From an uncultured Actinomycetota bacterium (lineage in GTDB: Bacteria > Actinomycetota > Actinomycetes > JAHEKZ01): a stretch of 64,000 nt of DNA. Where the stretch lies: positions 2,080,001 through 2,144,000 of the forward strand of contig CAWHIJ010000003.1 of the NCBI GenBank assembly GCA_963829525.1, in the 5' to 3' direction. The notes under the pieces were generated by a model. That model did not search any database. It saw only the letters and a list, made by a program, of their open reading frames with translations, and was not told the origin of the DNA. Position numbers and translations under genes: made by a program. The stretch's first letter is position 1. Every line of letters starts with the position of its first letter. Of the stretch, positions 29,089 through 38,532 are shown in pieces.

Positions 29089-29757
29089 ATGGACGAACAC
29101 GACGAACAGCTCTGGACCGAGGTTGACCACTACATCGGCACTTACCTTGACGTCAACGACCCCGCACTGGATGCCACTCTGACCAGTAGTGCTGCTGCTG
29201 GTCTTCCTGAGATCGCTGTCTCACCTCCTCAGGGCAAACTGCTCATGCTGCTCGCCACTTCGTTAGGAGCCAGACGAATCTTGGAGATCGGCACGCTCGG
29301 CGGTTACAGCACCGTCTGGCTGGCACGAGCATTGCCGGCCGACGGCGAGCTCATCACCTGCGAGTACTCCAGCGAACACGCGCACGTTGCTCGGCAGAAC
29401 GTCGACGCGGCAGGCGTCGGTGGGCTCGTTGACATTCGGGTCGGCGCGGCCCTCGACACGCTGCCGACATTGAATGGTCCGTTTGACCTGACGTTCGTTG
29501 ATGCCGACAAGGAGCACAACGCCGACTATTTCCGGTCGGCCTTGAACCTCAGCCGACCAGGCTCATTGATCATCGTCGACAACACTGTTCGCGGCGGAGC
29601 CGTGGTCGACCCCTCTCGTTCCGATCCAGCGACCGAGGGAACCCGAGCGCTGTACGCCGCGGTGCGCGACGAGCCGCGGGTGTCGGCAACCGGAATCCAG
29701 ACGGTCGGAAGCAAAGGCTACGACGGCTTCGTGCTCGCGCGTGTGCTCGAAGTCTGA
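29089..29757 (+). CDS. O-methyltransferase (Methyltransf_3)
   Basis: LEIGTLGGYS, FVDADK, VDN and KGYDGF motifs. Confidence 0.92.
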   Translation: MDEHDEQLWTEVDHYIGTYLDVNDPALDATLTSSAAAGLPEIAVSPPQGKLLMLLATSLGARRILEIGTLGGYSTVWLARALPADGELITCEYSSEHAHVARQNVDAAGVGGLVDIRVGAALDTLPTLNGPFDLTFVDADKEHNADYFRSALNLSRPGSLIIVDNTVRGGAVVDPSRSDPATEGTRALYAAVRDEPRVSATGIQTVGSKGYDGFVLARVLEV

Positions 29758-29780
29758 GCGCTTGGGTCACTTACTCGCGG

Positions 29781-30620
29781 TCAGAGTTTGACCGCCTGAA
29801 GTGTGTACGTACACGCGAGCCGCTCGGGGCGCTCACTGAGCCGCCACTCGCCGTCGCTGTCGCAAGTCATCTGCCCCGGCAGTGCATCCCACGGGGCCGA
29901 GTCGTGCTCGACCAGACCGGTGAGCTGCATTCCGACGTTTGCCAGCGCGGTGATGATCTCTCCCAACCCGTGGTTCCACGAGTGGGTGAGGTTGTTGCGG
30001 AACTCCACGTCGGTCTCGACGTAGGTACCGCTGTCCTCATCGACGAGCGGATGCTCGGTTTCGAAGTAGGGATAGTCGACAACAATCCAGTCGGTTCGCG
30101 CCTCGTCGATCGACCAGAGCATGGGGTGACCCTCACGGATGAAAAGTCGGCCACCTGGCTTGAGGAGATCAGCGACAACCTGTGCCCACTCGGCGACGTT
30201 CGGCAGCCAACAGAGCGCGCCGACTCCGGTGAACACGAAGTCGAAGCCGTGATAGCCGAGCAGGCTGGGCGCCGCGTAGACGTTGGCCTCGAGGTACTCG
30301 ATCGGTGTGCCGGCCGCTTCGGCCAGCCGTCTGGCTTCGTCAAGCGACCGCGGGGAGAAGTCCACTCCGGTCATCTGCGCGCCGAGCCGAGCGAGTGAGA
30401 GCGTGTCGGTGCCGATGTGGCACTGCAGATGGACGCCGCGCTGGCCCTCTACTGAGCCGAGAAGCGGCAGATCGAACCGGACTACGCCCGATAGGTAGCT
30501 CGGATCGTCGAGGAACCTCTTGACGCCGTAGTCAGGTGACGCCGCATGTGCTGCCGCCCGGTCGTCCCAGTTGGCGCGGTTGATTCTCACGTACTCGGGG
30601 GTGTTGTCAGCGCTGCTCAT
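29781..30620 (-). CDS. Class I SAM-dependent methyltransferase
   Basis: NRANWD, HLQCHIGTD and GALCWLP motifs. Confidence 0.9.
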   Translation of the reverse strand: MSSADNTPEYVRINRANWDDRAAAHAASPDYGVKRFLDDPSYLSGVVRFDLPLLGSVEGQRGVHLQCHIGTDTLSLARLGAQMTGVDFSPRSLDEARRLAEAAGTPIEYLEANVYAAPSLLGYHGFDFVFTGVGALCWLPNVAEWAQVVADLLKPGGRLFIREGHPMLWSIDEARTDWIVVDYPYFETEHPLVDEDSGTYVETDVEFRNNLTHSWNHGLGEIITALANVGMQLTGLVEHDSAPWDALPGQMTCDSDGEWRLSERPERLACTYTLQAVKL

Positions 30621-30831
30621 CCCCGCACTCTGCCATGGATCGCAGTACCCCGAGTGGCGTAGTCCGTCAGAGGCATTTCGTCCCGGCTCCGCACTTGAAC
30701 GCTGCTCTGTTCGGGTGAATCGGCGTAACGGGGGTGAGCCGTGACCAGGAAGTGGCCGATGTCCGGCAAACAGGGCGCGGCCATACCGAGCCGCGATCAG
30801 GGCGCCACAAGCGTGGCAGGAAAGGTTTCGC

Positions 30832-31332
30832 ATGTCCTCGAACAAGAAGCGTCTCGCATTTGTCTCCGGCAGCCTCGCTGTCGCGCTGGTCGGTGGCGGC
30901 CTCGCTATTGCCTACTGGACCACCACAGGTTCGGGCACCGGTGCCGGCACCGTCGGCACTAGCACGGCTGTGTCGGTGACGCAGGACAGCACGGTCTCCG
31001 GCCTCGTGCCCGGCGGTCCCTCTGCTGCGCTCGACTTCACCGTCAACAACGGGGGAACCGGCCCGCAGACCATCAACGGGGTCTCCGTGTCGGTCAGCAA
31101 GGTCACCAAGGCTGTGGGAGCCCCCGCCGGCGCCTGCACTGCTGGCGACTTCACCGTCGCCCAGCCGGCCCTTGGCGGCGCCATCGAGCTCGCTGTGGGC
31201 GACAACACGTTCACATCTGGCGCTGGTGGCGACTTTGCCAACACCACAGCGGCTGTGTCCATGAAGAACACCGCCTCCGACCAGAACGGGTGCAAGGGCG
31301 CAACGCTCGAGTTCACCTACACGGTCAGCTAG
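30832..31332 (+). CDS. Secreted protein with SipW/TasA-like signal peptide (candidate major fibre subunit)
   Basis: KKR-hydrophobic-GGGLAIA|YWT; LVPG and NGG motifs; two Cys, C-terminal DQNGCKGA. Confidence 0.75.
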   Translation: MSSNKKRLAFVSGSLAVALVGGGLAIAYWTTTGSGTGAGTVGTSTAVSVTQDSTVSGLVPGGPSAALDFTVNNGGTGPQTINGVSVSVSKVTKAVGAPAGACTAGDFTVAQPALGGAIELAVGDNTFTSGAGGDFANTTAAVSMKNTASDQNGCKGATLEFTYTVS

Positions 31333-31350
31333 GACGCACGAGGACGCGAC

Positions 31351-31385
31351 AGCTCTGGGGTGGGTCACCGACCCACCCCAGAGCT
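31351..31385 (+). terminator. Perfect 16-bp-stem hairpin between genes 1 and 2 of the cluster
   Basis: AGCTCTGGGGTGGGTC-ACC-GACCCACCCCAGAGCT; no U tail. Confidence 0.75.
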
Positions 31386-31403
31386 CGCGACCGAAGGCCC
31401 TGG

Positions 31404-31934
31404 ATGCGCAGAGCATGGGACACCGCACAGCCCGCCCGGTCAGCCGGACGGGCTGCGATGGCTGTCGTCATGACGGTGGCGCTGGTGATCGGGTCGGTCG
31501 CCGTTGCGGCAACCGTCGCCGACGTCATCCAGTCCCGGCTCGGAGCATCCACCATGACCAAGGTGCCGACCGCGTCTGGCCTGAGCACCAAACAGAGACT
31601 CACGCTGAAGGCCAAGGTGCTGCAGGGCCCGCTGATCCCAGGCATCACAAGGCCACTCAAGGTGACGATGTCCAACCCGTTGAAGCAGCGGCTGAAGGTA
31701 ACTGCCGTGACCGTCACTCCGGGCAATCCCGCGGTCTCCGCCTGCAAGAAGTCGTGGGTCAAAGCGACGTCCTTCAAAGCCAGCAAGAAGACGAAGCCCA
31801 TCATCGTCAAGCCAAGCGGCAAGGCCACCGTAATGCTCACGGTGCAGCTGACGAACCTCAGCTCAGTCAACCAGGATGCGTGCAAGAACACCCGGATCCC
31901 GTTGAAGCTGAACGCAACCGCGCGCCAGGGGTGA
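31404..31934 (+). CDS. Secreted or membrane-anchored basic paralog of the upstream protein
   Basis: N-terminal hydrophobic helix; LIPG...N, ACKK and NQDACK align with the upstream protein. Confidence 0.7.
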   Translation: MRRAWDTAQPARSAGRAAMAVVMTVALVIGSVAVAATVADVIQSRLGASTMTKVPTASGLSTKQRLTLKAKVLQGPLIPGITRPLKVTMSNPLKQRLKVTAVTVTPGNPAVSACKKSWVKATSFKASKKTKPIIVKPSGKATVMLTVQLTNLSSVNQDACKNTRIPLKLNATARQG

Positions 31935-31938
31935 GGCC

Positions 31939-34857
31939 ATGGCGCGCACCACAGCTGTGATCGCGGCCCGCCGCATCCTGCCGATCATCGGGCTCACGGT
32001 GCTTCTGTCCGGCGTCGGCGTCGCTTTGGCGTTCTGGAACACCACGGGTGCCGGGAACGGAGCCGGCGACGTCGGCACCCTTACCGCACCGTCGAGCGTC
32101 GCTGTGACCCCAACCTTCTCCACAGTCAACGTGACGTGGGTGGCCGCGACTCCTCCGAGCGGAACGCTCAACGGCTACGTCGTCAGCCGGTCGGACGGCA
32201 CAACGTCAGTCGACGCCTGCGGCACGAACTTAGGTGCCCCCGGCAGCTACATCCCGGCCGATACGCTGACCTGCACGGACCTGTCGGTACCCAACGGCAC
32301 CTACACCTACACCGTGACAGCGGTCTTCCGCAGCTGGACATCTACCAGCAACCCCAGCAACGTCATCTCGGTCTCCGGTGACCCGAACAGCCCGTCGCAG
32401 TCGATCGCGATGACGAGCGGCACGAATGCCTACTTGGGCGGCGCTTCCATCTACTTCCGCAGTGCCGCAGCCGGCAGCTTCCAGCTGGCGAGCACGGTCG
32501 TCGACGGAGAGTCGGGTCCGGCATCTGCGACATTCCCTGCAGTGTCAGCAGCGGGCTGGACCCACCCAGCCCAAACAGTCACTTCGGGCACGGGAACGAA
32601 TCCGAAGACCTACACGTCGAGCACCTTCGGCTGGACGCCTGGAGCGGCCACGCCCAGCACGTTGTCTGTTGTGGGCCGAGACGTCGTCGGGAACACGGTC
32701 ACGACTCCCCTGACCTTCACTGTCGACAACACCGGACCCACCGGGGCTGCCCTCACCGTCAACGGCGTGGCAGCATCGGCAGCCGGCTCGACGAGCACCG
32801 CTCGACTCGCCTTCCCCATCAACTTACGCACCGACTACAGCGCAGATGCTGGCGCCGGCGTGGCAGCGAGCGTCCTCACCCGTGAGTCGGCCACCTTCAG
32901 CGGCGGCACCTGCGGCAGCTTCGGCTCCTCGGTTACGGTCACCGGCAACCCGAGCCAGACCGGGCTCACCACGGGCTGCTACCGCTACACCCTGACCGGC
33001 ACCGACAACGTTGGCAACACATCAACGGTCTCGACGGTCGTCCGCTACGACGCGACGGCGCCGACGCAGGCGGTGACGCTCGCGTCGTCCGGTGCCGCCT
33101 CGCAGACAGGCAGCAACATCTACCTGCGGACTGCCGTTGCTGGTTCCTTCACTGTGACCTCTGCCGTCACCGACGACCAAACGGGCCCGGCATCGGTCAA
33201 CTTCCCCGTCATCTCAACGGCGGGTTGGACTCACCCCAACCAGACAGTGTCCACCGGCTCGGGAACAGCTCCAACAGTCAGCTACGTGTCATCGACATAC
33301 TCCTGGACCGCTGGCTCTGCCCGTCCCGGCAACACGACGCTCACCGCAAGCGACGTCGCAGGCAACACCGGCACTTCGGTCCTGGCCTTCGTCACCGACA
33401 ACACCGTCCCCGTTACCGGAGCCCTGACTGTCAACGGGACTGCCGCATCCGCCGCCGGATCGTCAAGCTTCAACCGCACCGGCGCGTTCGCCATTGCCCG
33501 CACCGACTACACCGATGCTGGCTCCGGTATTGCCTCCAGCGTGCTCACCGTCGAGCAGGCGGCGTTGGTCAATAACGTCTGTGGCACCTACGGCACAGCG
33601 ACCATGCTCACCGGAGCCCCAGCCCAGTCCGGAGTCACCACGGGTTGCTACCGCTACCGGATCACCGGCACCGACAAAGTGGGGAACACCACCAACCGCA
33701 GCACTGTGGTCAAGGTCGACCGCGAGATTCCGGTTGCTGGAGCCCTCACCGTCAACGGGACGGCTGCGAACACCGCCGGCACGACTAGCTTCGCCAAGGG
33801 CGACTTCCCGATCGACCTTCGTACTGACTGGACGGACGTGGCGAGCGGGATCAACACGAGCACCCTGGTGCGCACCCAGGCCACGCTCACGGGGAACACC
33901 TGTGGCGCGTTCGGCACGTCGACAACACTCACGGGGAGCCCTGCTCAGACGGCGCTGGCCACGAACTGCTACCGCTACGTGCTGACGGGGACAGACCGTG
34001 CTGGCAACACCGCATCGGTGACGACCACCGTCAAGAAGGACATGACCAACCCGGTCTCGGGCGCACTGACCGTCAACGGCGTGGCCGCGACGGCTGCGGG
34101 ATCCACCAGCACCTCGAATGCCACGTCGTACGCAGTGGCCCGCACCGACTACACCGATGCAAACTCCGGCCTCGCCTCCAGCAGCCTGACGCGCTCATTT
34201 GCGACCTTGACCGGGGCCACCTGCGGGACGTTCGGTGCCCCCGTGACCCTGACCGGTGCGCCTGCCCAGAGTGGCTTGGCGGCCGGCTGCTACCGATACA
34301 CACTGACTGGCACCGACAACGCCGGGAACTCGGTGAGCCTCACCACCACCGTCTCCCAGCGCGTCGTGGTCACCGCCGTCAACCTGGTCAACGGCACCGG
34401 TATCGCCGGACGCGTTGACGCCGGTGACCGCGTCGACATCACGTTCTCTGATGCACTGGCAGTGTCGAGCATCTGCTCGACCTGGACCGGTAACGGGAGC
34501 AACCAGTCATTGACCGCAGACAACGATGTCAGTGTGATCATGACCAACGCTGCTACCGACACGCTGACGTTCAGCGCGACCTCCTGCGGCACCTTCAACG
34601 TGGGGTCCCTCAACCTGGCATCAACTGCCTACACGACGGCCAACGTCACGTTCAAGGGAGCAGGGGCTGGCGCCAGTACAGTCACCTGGAATGTGGCAAC
34701 GAAGACGCTCACCATCACTCTCGGCACGGCATCCGGTGCCGGAGCAGCCACGGTGGCCAGCAGCACGCCTGTGCTGACACCGTCTGGTGCACTCACCGAT
34801 CCCAACGGAGTTGTGGTCGGCGGAACCTTCACCCTCCCGACCGGCATCAAGTTCTAG
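31939..34857 (+). CDS. Large secreted Thr/Gly/Ala-rich repeat protein (Ig-like; candidate adhesin)
   Basis: ALA|FWNTTG signal; four ALTVNG...C...CYRY.(L/I)TGTD repeats and two SGPAS..FP...AGWTHP-type repeats. Confidence 0.8.
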   Translation: MARTTAVIAARRILPIIGLTVLLSGVGVALAFWNTTGAGNGAGDVGTLTAPSSVAVTPTFSTVNVTWVAATPPSGTLNGYVVSRSDGTTSVDACGTNLGAPGSYIPADTLTCTDLSVPNGTYTYTVTAVFRSWTSTSNPSNVISVSGDPNSPSQSIAMTSGTNAYLGGASIYFRSAAAGSFQLASTVVDGESGPASATFPAVSAAGWTHPAQTVTSGTGTNPKTYTSSTFGWTPGAATPSTLSVVGRDVVGNTVTTPLTFTVDNTGPTGAALTVNGVAASAAGSTSTARLAFPINLRTDYSADAGAGVAASVLTRESATFSGGTCGSFGSSVTVTGNPSQTGLTTGCYRYTLTGTDNVGNTSTVSTVVRYDATAPTQAVTLASSGAASQTGSNIYLRTAVAGSFTVTSAVTDDQTGPASVNFPVISTAGWTHPNQTVSTGSGTAPTVSYVSSTYSWTAGSARPGNTTLTASDVAGNTGTSVLAFVTDNTVPVTGALTVNGTAASAAGSSSFNRTGAFAIARTDYTDAGSGIASSVLTVEQAALVNNVCGTYGTATMLTGAPAQSGVTTGCYRYRITGTDKVGNTTNRSTVVKVDREIPVAGALTVNGTAANTAGTTSFAKGDFPIDLRTDWTDVASGINTSTLVRTQATLTGNTCGAFGTSTTLTGSPAQTALATNCYRYVLTGTDRAGNTASVTTTVKKDMTNPVSGALTVNGVAATAAGSTSTSNATSYAVARTDYTDANSGLASSSLTRSFATLTGATCGTFGAPVTLTGAPAQSGLAAGCYRYTLTGTDNAGNSVSLTTTVSQRVVVTAVNLVNGTGIAGRVDAGDRVDITFSDALAVSSICSTWTGNGSNQSLTADNDVSVIMTNAATDTLTFSATSCGTFNVGSLNLASTAYTTANVTFKGAGAGASTVTWNVATKTLTITLGTASGAGAATVASSTPVLTPSGALTDPNGVVVGGTFTLPTGIKF

Positions 34858-34946
34858 GACCCGTCAGTAGGCGAAGGGCTGACCTGCAAGGGTGACCCCC
34901 GGAGCGCGGCGTGATCAGAGACGCCGGCCGGTGAGTCAGGACAGCG

Positions 34947-35573
34947 ATGAATGCCAAGGAGCGGCCCCGAATCGCCGGTTTGCTGCTCGCGACGGCGGGA
35001 ACGGTCACCCTCATGGGCATCATCACGGCCGAGGCGATCTACCCGACGATCTACACGACCACCACCAACGAGATCAGCGATCTCGGCGGACGCACAGCAG
35101 CCGGGGTCATCTTGCAGCCGTCCGGATACGTGTTCACTCTGGCGATGGTGACCACCGGCCTTGCGACGATCGCGGCGGCGACGCTGTTGCTGCGCTCGGG
35201 GACCGGCCGCTTCCTCGGATTGGCCGTGCTCCTCAACGGGGTCGGCACCCTGGGGGTCGGAGTCTTCCCGAGTGGTAGCGGGCCGATTCACCCATCCTTC
35301 GCCGTCGTCTCATTCGTCGCAGGCGGACTCTGCGGTATCGCCGGTGGTTGGACACGCACCGGTCCGGTCAGCTGGTTCTCGTACCTCTTGGGCGGGGTTA
35401 CCCTCTCCGTCCTGGTGCTGGCGCTCTTCGGTGGGCTCGACGGCGGGGCGCTCACCGGCCTCGGTATCGGCGGTGCCGAACGCTGGATCGCCTACCCCGT
35501 CGTGCTCTGGCAGGTGATGTTCGGCGGGGCGCTGATGGCTGGGTCGCTGTCAAGGCCGACTACCTCGCCGTAG
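34947..35573 (+). CDS. DUF998 membrane protein
   Basis: ISDLG, GVGVFP and GGAERW motifs. Confidence 0.8.
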   Translation: MNAKERPRIAGLLLATAGTVTLMGIITAEAIYPTIYTTTTNEISDLGGRTAAGVILQPSGYVFTLAMVTTGLATIAAATLLLRSGTGRFLGLAVLLNGVGTLGVGVFPSGSGPIHPSFAVVSFVAGGLCGIAGGWTRTGPVSWFSYLLGGVTLSVLVLALFGGLDGGALTGLGIGGAERWIAYPVVLWQVMFGGALMAGSLSRPTTSP

Positions 35574-35577
35574 ACCG

Positions 35578-35641
35578 TTGTCAACCAAGTGGTTGACAAA
35601 CCGAGATCTGGCAACCACACTCCTTCACAACCATTCGGTTG
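35578..35641 (+). promoter_or_regulatory. Sigma70 promoter overlapped by two ArsR-type operator palindromes
   Basis: TTGTCAACCA-AG-TGGTTGACAA (35578-35599); CAACC-N4-GGTTG (35628-35641); TTGACA-17-CACACT. Confidence 0.8.
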
Positions 35642-35654
35642 CAAAGGAGTGTCC

Positions 35655-36032
35655 ATGGCCGACCCCCTCTCGCAGGCGTTCGCGGCTCTTGCCGACCCCA
35701 CTCGCCGCGACATCGTCGCCCGGCTCACCCTCGGGGACGCCACGGTCGGCGAGCTGGCGGCGCCCTATGCCGTCTCGGTACAGGCAGTGTCCAAACACCT
35801 GAAGGTGCTCGAGGACGCCGGTGTCGTCTCGCGCTCACGTGACGCGCAGCGTCGCCCGGTCCACCTGGAGGCGGAGGTCTTCGACCTGATGACCAAATGG
35901 CTGGAGCGTTACCGACGCCAAGCCCAGGAGCGCTACGAGCGGCTTGATGCGCTCCTGGCGACCCTCCTCCCCACGACCCACCACCCGCGACCGCCTCACC
36001 CGACCAAAGGACCCCTCGATGACCGCCCATGA
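35655..36032 (+). CDS. ArsR/SmtB family regulator
   Basis: FAALADPTRR and AVSKHLKVLE motifs; AAGGAG RBS. Confidence 0.92.
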   Translation: MADPLSQAFAALADPTRRDIVARLTLGDATVGELAAPYAVSVQAVSKHLKVLEDAGVVSRSRDAQRRPVHLEAEVFDLMTKWLERYRRQAQERYERLDALLATLLPTTHHPRPPHPTKGPLDDRP

Positions 36033-36492
36033 CACCGAGATCGTTGCCGACCCCACAGTCCCGCTGGTGCGTATCACTCGCGTCTTCGACGCACCGCCGG
36101 AGAGCGTGTTCCGCGCCCACACCGAACCCGACCTGGTGACGCAGTGGCTCGGACCGCGCGACCTGGTGATGAGCATCGACCACTACGACTGCCGGACCGG
36201 CGGCTCCTACCGCTACGTGCATACCCGCGGCGACGACAACTACGGGTTCTTCGGCTGCTTCCATGAGGTCCGCCCGAACGAGCTGATCGTGCAGACCTTC
36301 TGCTTTGAGGGATTTCGCGACTCCGTCGCTCTTGAACGACTCATGCTCGAAGACCTCGGCGGCGGACGCACGCGTCTCATGGCGACCTCGCTGGTCGACT
36401 CATTCGAGGGCCGGGACGCCTTCGTCGCCAGCGGCATGGAGTCCGGCGTCCGCGAGGGGTATGAACGCCTTGATGAGCTACTCGCTGGCTGA
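36019..36492 (+). CDS. SRPBCC (AHSA1-like) protein
   Basis: ITRVFDAP...WLGP...SGMESG; usual ArsR partner. Confidence 0.9.
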   Translation: MTAHDTEIVADPTVPLVRITRVFDAPPESVFRAHTEPDLVTQWLGPRDLVMSIDHYDCRTGGSYRYVHTRGDDNYGFFGCFHEVRPNELIVQTFCFEGFRDSVALERLMLEDLGGGRTRLMATSLVDSFEGRDAFVASGMESGVREGYERLDELLAG

Positions 36493-37023
36493 GAACTCTC
36501 GGCGCTGGCGGAACCCGCGTCCGGCACTGACGATCCAGTACACGCCGAGCCCGACAAAAGCAGCTATCACGCCGTAGTCCAAGGCGTCCGGAGCCTCCGC
36601 GACATCTGTCACATCGCGGGTGTCGAAGACGACGTCCATCGACTCTCCCGGCTGTGGCGCGTTACCTCTCTCGTCGATGGTGCCGCTGTGCGCCACTCCA
36701 TCCACCGGATACTCGATAGAGATGCGGTTATGTCCTCCGTCTAGGGGTTCGACCTGCAACACTTCGGCTGTCACTTCCTGGCCGAAGACCTTCATCTCCA
36801 CGGCCGCGGCGAAGGCGACGAGCCCGAACAGCAGCGCGGCGATCCCGATGACAGCCGTGACAACGAGGCGGAGGGCCGAGCGCGAGCCCCCTCGGCTTCG
36901 TCGCCAACGCCGCTTCACGTCCGCGACCCCCACCGTCTGGCTCGTCACGGGAGTGACGACGGCGCTCTCACCCCTTTGCAGGCGTTCCAGGGTTTCCTGC
37001 GGTGTCTCAATCCTTGTGCTCAT
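36478..37023 (-). CDS. Hypothetical membrane protein (DUF3592-like)
   Basis: Two TM helices flanking a small beta domain; GGAGG RBS. Confidence 0.6.
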   Translation of the reverse strand: MSTRIETPQETLERLQRGESAVVTPVTSQTVGVADVKRRWRRSRGGSRSALRLVVTAVIGIAALLFGLVAFAAAVEMKVFGQEVTAEVLQVEPLDGGHNRISIEYPVDGVAHSGTIDERGNAPQPGESMDVVFDTRDVTDVAEAPDALDYGVIAAFVGLGVYWIVSAGRGFRQRREFSASE

Positions 37024-37130
37024 GATCCCTCCCGCACGGAGGACGTGCGGCCTGACCGCCTCACAGTGCCAGGCTTGCGATTCGGGCCTTCCCCTGCCAG
37101 AGGCCAACGACCCACCGCCGCAGCGGATCC

Positions 37131-37763
37131 TCAGCGCCGCTCTGTCGCGACGAACGGCGCCTGCCGCACGTACCACCCATGCTCAGCCACGTCGACGAGG
37201 AAGGTGGCGAGGTCGGCGCGGACGATCGTCGACGAACGCGTCGACCGATGGGCATCCTCCTCGACATGCGCCGTCTCCTCGCCGTCGACCAGCCGAGGAG
37301 GCCGCACCAACGTCCAGTCGAGGTCACTCGCGGCGAAGACCGCGTACTCCTCACGCTTGTCGCGTGCCAGCGGACCACCGACCAAACGCACGATCCTTGT
37401 CGCCACGGCAGAACTCCGAGATCGCTGATCTCCCGGCAGAGCAACAGCCATGCCGCTGATCCCAACGAACCTGTGCACGCCGACCGCCGGCATCGTGGCA
37501 ACGAGAGCCCGCGCGGTGTCGCGATGCAGAGTCCCTTCACGCCCGCGCGGACCCAGTGCAGAGATCACACCGTCGGAGCCTTCGACAAGGGTCCGCAAGG
37601 TGGCTCGATCCCGGCAGTCCCCCACGACCGTGGTGACCGAACTCCCCTCCGTTATCCGGCCATCGGCGCGTACCAACGCCCGCACCCGGTGCCCGCGAAG
37701 AAGAAGCTCGTCCAGGACCAGGGCACCGGTCCGACCCGTGCTGCCGATCAAGGCGATGAGCAT
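37131..37763 (-). CDS. NAD(P)H-binding oxidoreductase (flavin reductase/BVR-B-like)
   Basis: GSTGRTG and LDWTLVRPP motifs. Confidence 0.9.
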   Translation of the reverse strand: MLIALIGSTGRTGALVLDELLLRGHRVRALVRADGRITEGSSVTTVVGDCRDRATLRTLVEGSDGVISALGPRGREGTLHRDTARALVATMPAVGVHRFVGISGMAVALPGDQRSRSSAVATRIVRLVGGPLARDKREEYAVFAASDLDWTLVRPPRLVDGEETAHVEEDAHRSTRSSTIVRADLATFLVDVAEHGWYVRQAPFVATERR

Positions 37764-37843
37764 GAGAGAACGCTACCGAGTCGAAGAACACCACAGACCG
37801 TCAAAGGCGGCCACGGTGTTTCGGCTCTGGCATCATCATGATC

Positions 37844-38095
37844 ATGGCGACGCAGGATGACCATAACGAGAATCCGCCCACCAGCGAGGACTGGGCGAAA
37901 CTTGTGGGTTCCCAGCGTGACGATCAGTACACGCCCATGGGACAGATCGCCATGTACGGCGACTTCGCCATGGGTGTCCGGCGCCTGCGAGGGTGGCGAC
38001 GGTGGCTGAGCCTCACCCTGATCTGGCTGATCATTGCGCTGCTCGTAGCAGGAATCGTCTGGACCCTCACTGAGGTCCTGTTCACGCAGAAATGA
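37844..38095 (+). CDS. Small hypothetical membrane protein
   Basis: Single C-terminal TM helix; fills the gap upstream of arfB. Confidence 0.55.
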   Translation: MATQDDHNENPPTSEDWAKLVGSQRDDQYTPMGQIAMYGDFAMGVRRLRGWRRWLSLTLIWLIIALLVAGIVWTLTEVLFTQK

Positions 38096-38106
38096 CGTGA
38101 GCCACG

Positions 38107-38532
38107 ATGAGTGACGTACCCGTCCGGGGCTCGGTGGTGATCCCGTCCCACGAGCTGCGGTGGAAGTTCTCCCGGTCCAGCGGCCCCGGCGGCCAGTCGG
38201 TCAACACCACCGACTCGCGCGTGGAACTGCTGTTCGATGTCGCCCACTCACCTTCATTGCCCCCTGTCTGGCGCAGGCGCGCCATCGACCGGCTCAGCAG
38301 CCGCCTCGTTGACGGTGTCCTACGGATCACCGCGCAGGAAGAACGCAGCCAACACCTCAACCGGCGGGCGGCTGAACAACGGCTTTCGGAGACGTTGCGC
38401 GAAGCGACGGCACCACCTCCGCCACCTCGGCATCCAACGAAGCCTTCTCGCGGCGCTGTGGAACGCAGAATCACGCAGAAGAAGCGTCGGGGTGAGATCA
38501 AGCGCGGACGCCGGGTCGACCCGGACGCTTAA
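38107..38532 (+). CDS. arfB: Alternative ribosome rescue factor B
   Basis: SRSSGPGGQSVN, ERSQ..N and basic C-terminal tail. Confidence 0.95.
   Translation: MSDVPVRGSVVIPSHELRWKFSRSSGPGGQSVNTTDSRVELLFDVAHSPSLPPVWRRRAIDRLSSRLVDGVLRITAQEERSQHLNRRAAEQRLSETLREATAPPPPPRHPTKPSRGAVERRITQKKRRGEIKRGRRVDPDA

Noticed and set aside
30700-30830. GGGTGAATC resembling the c-di-AMP (ydaO) riboswitch upstream of the fibre cluster
   Set aside because: The other conserved blocks (GAATCC...GGAAC, CCCGTCAGCTAAC) are absent
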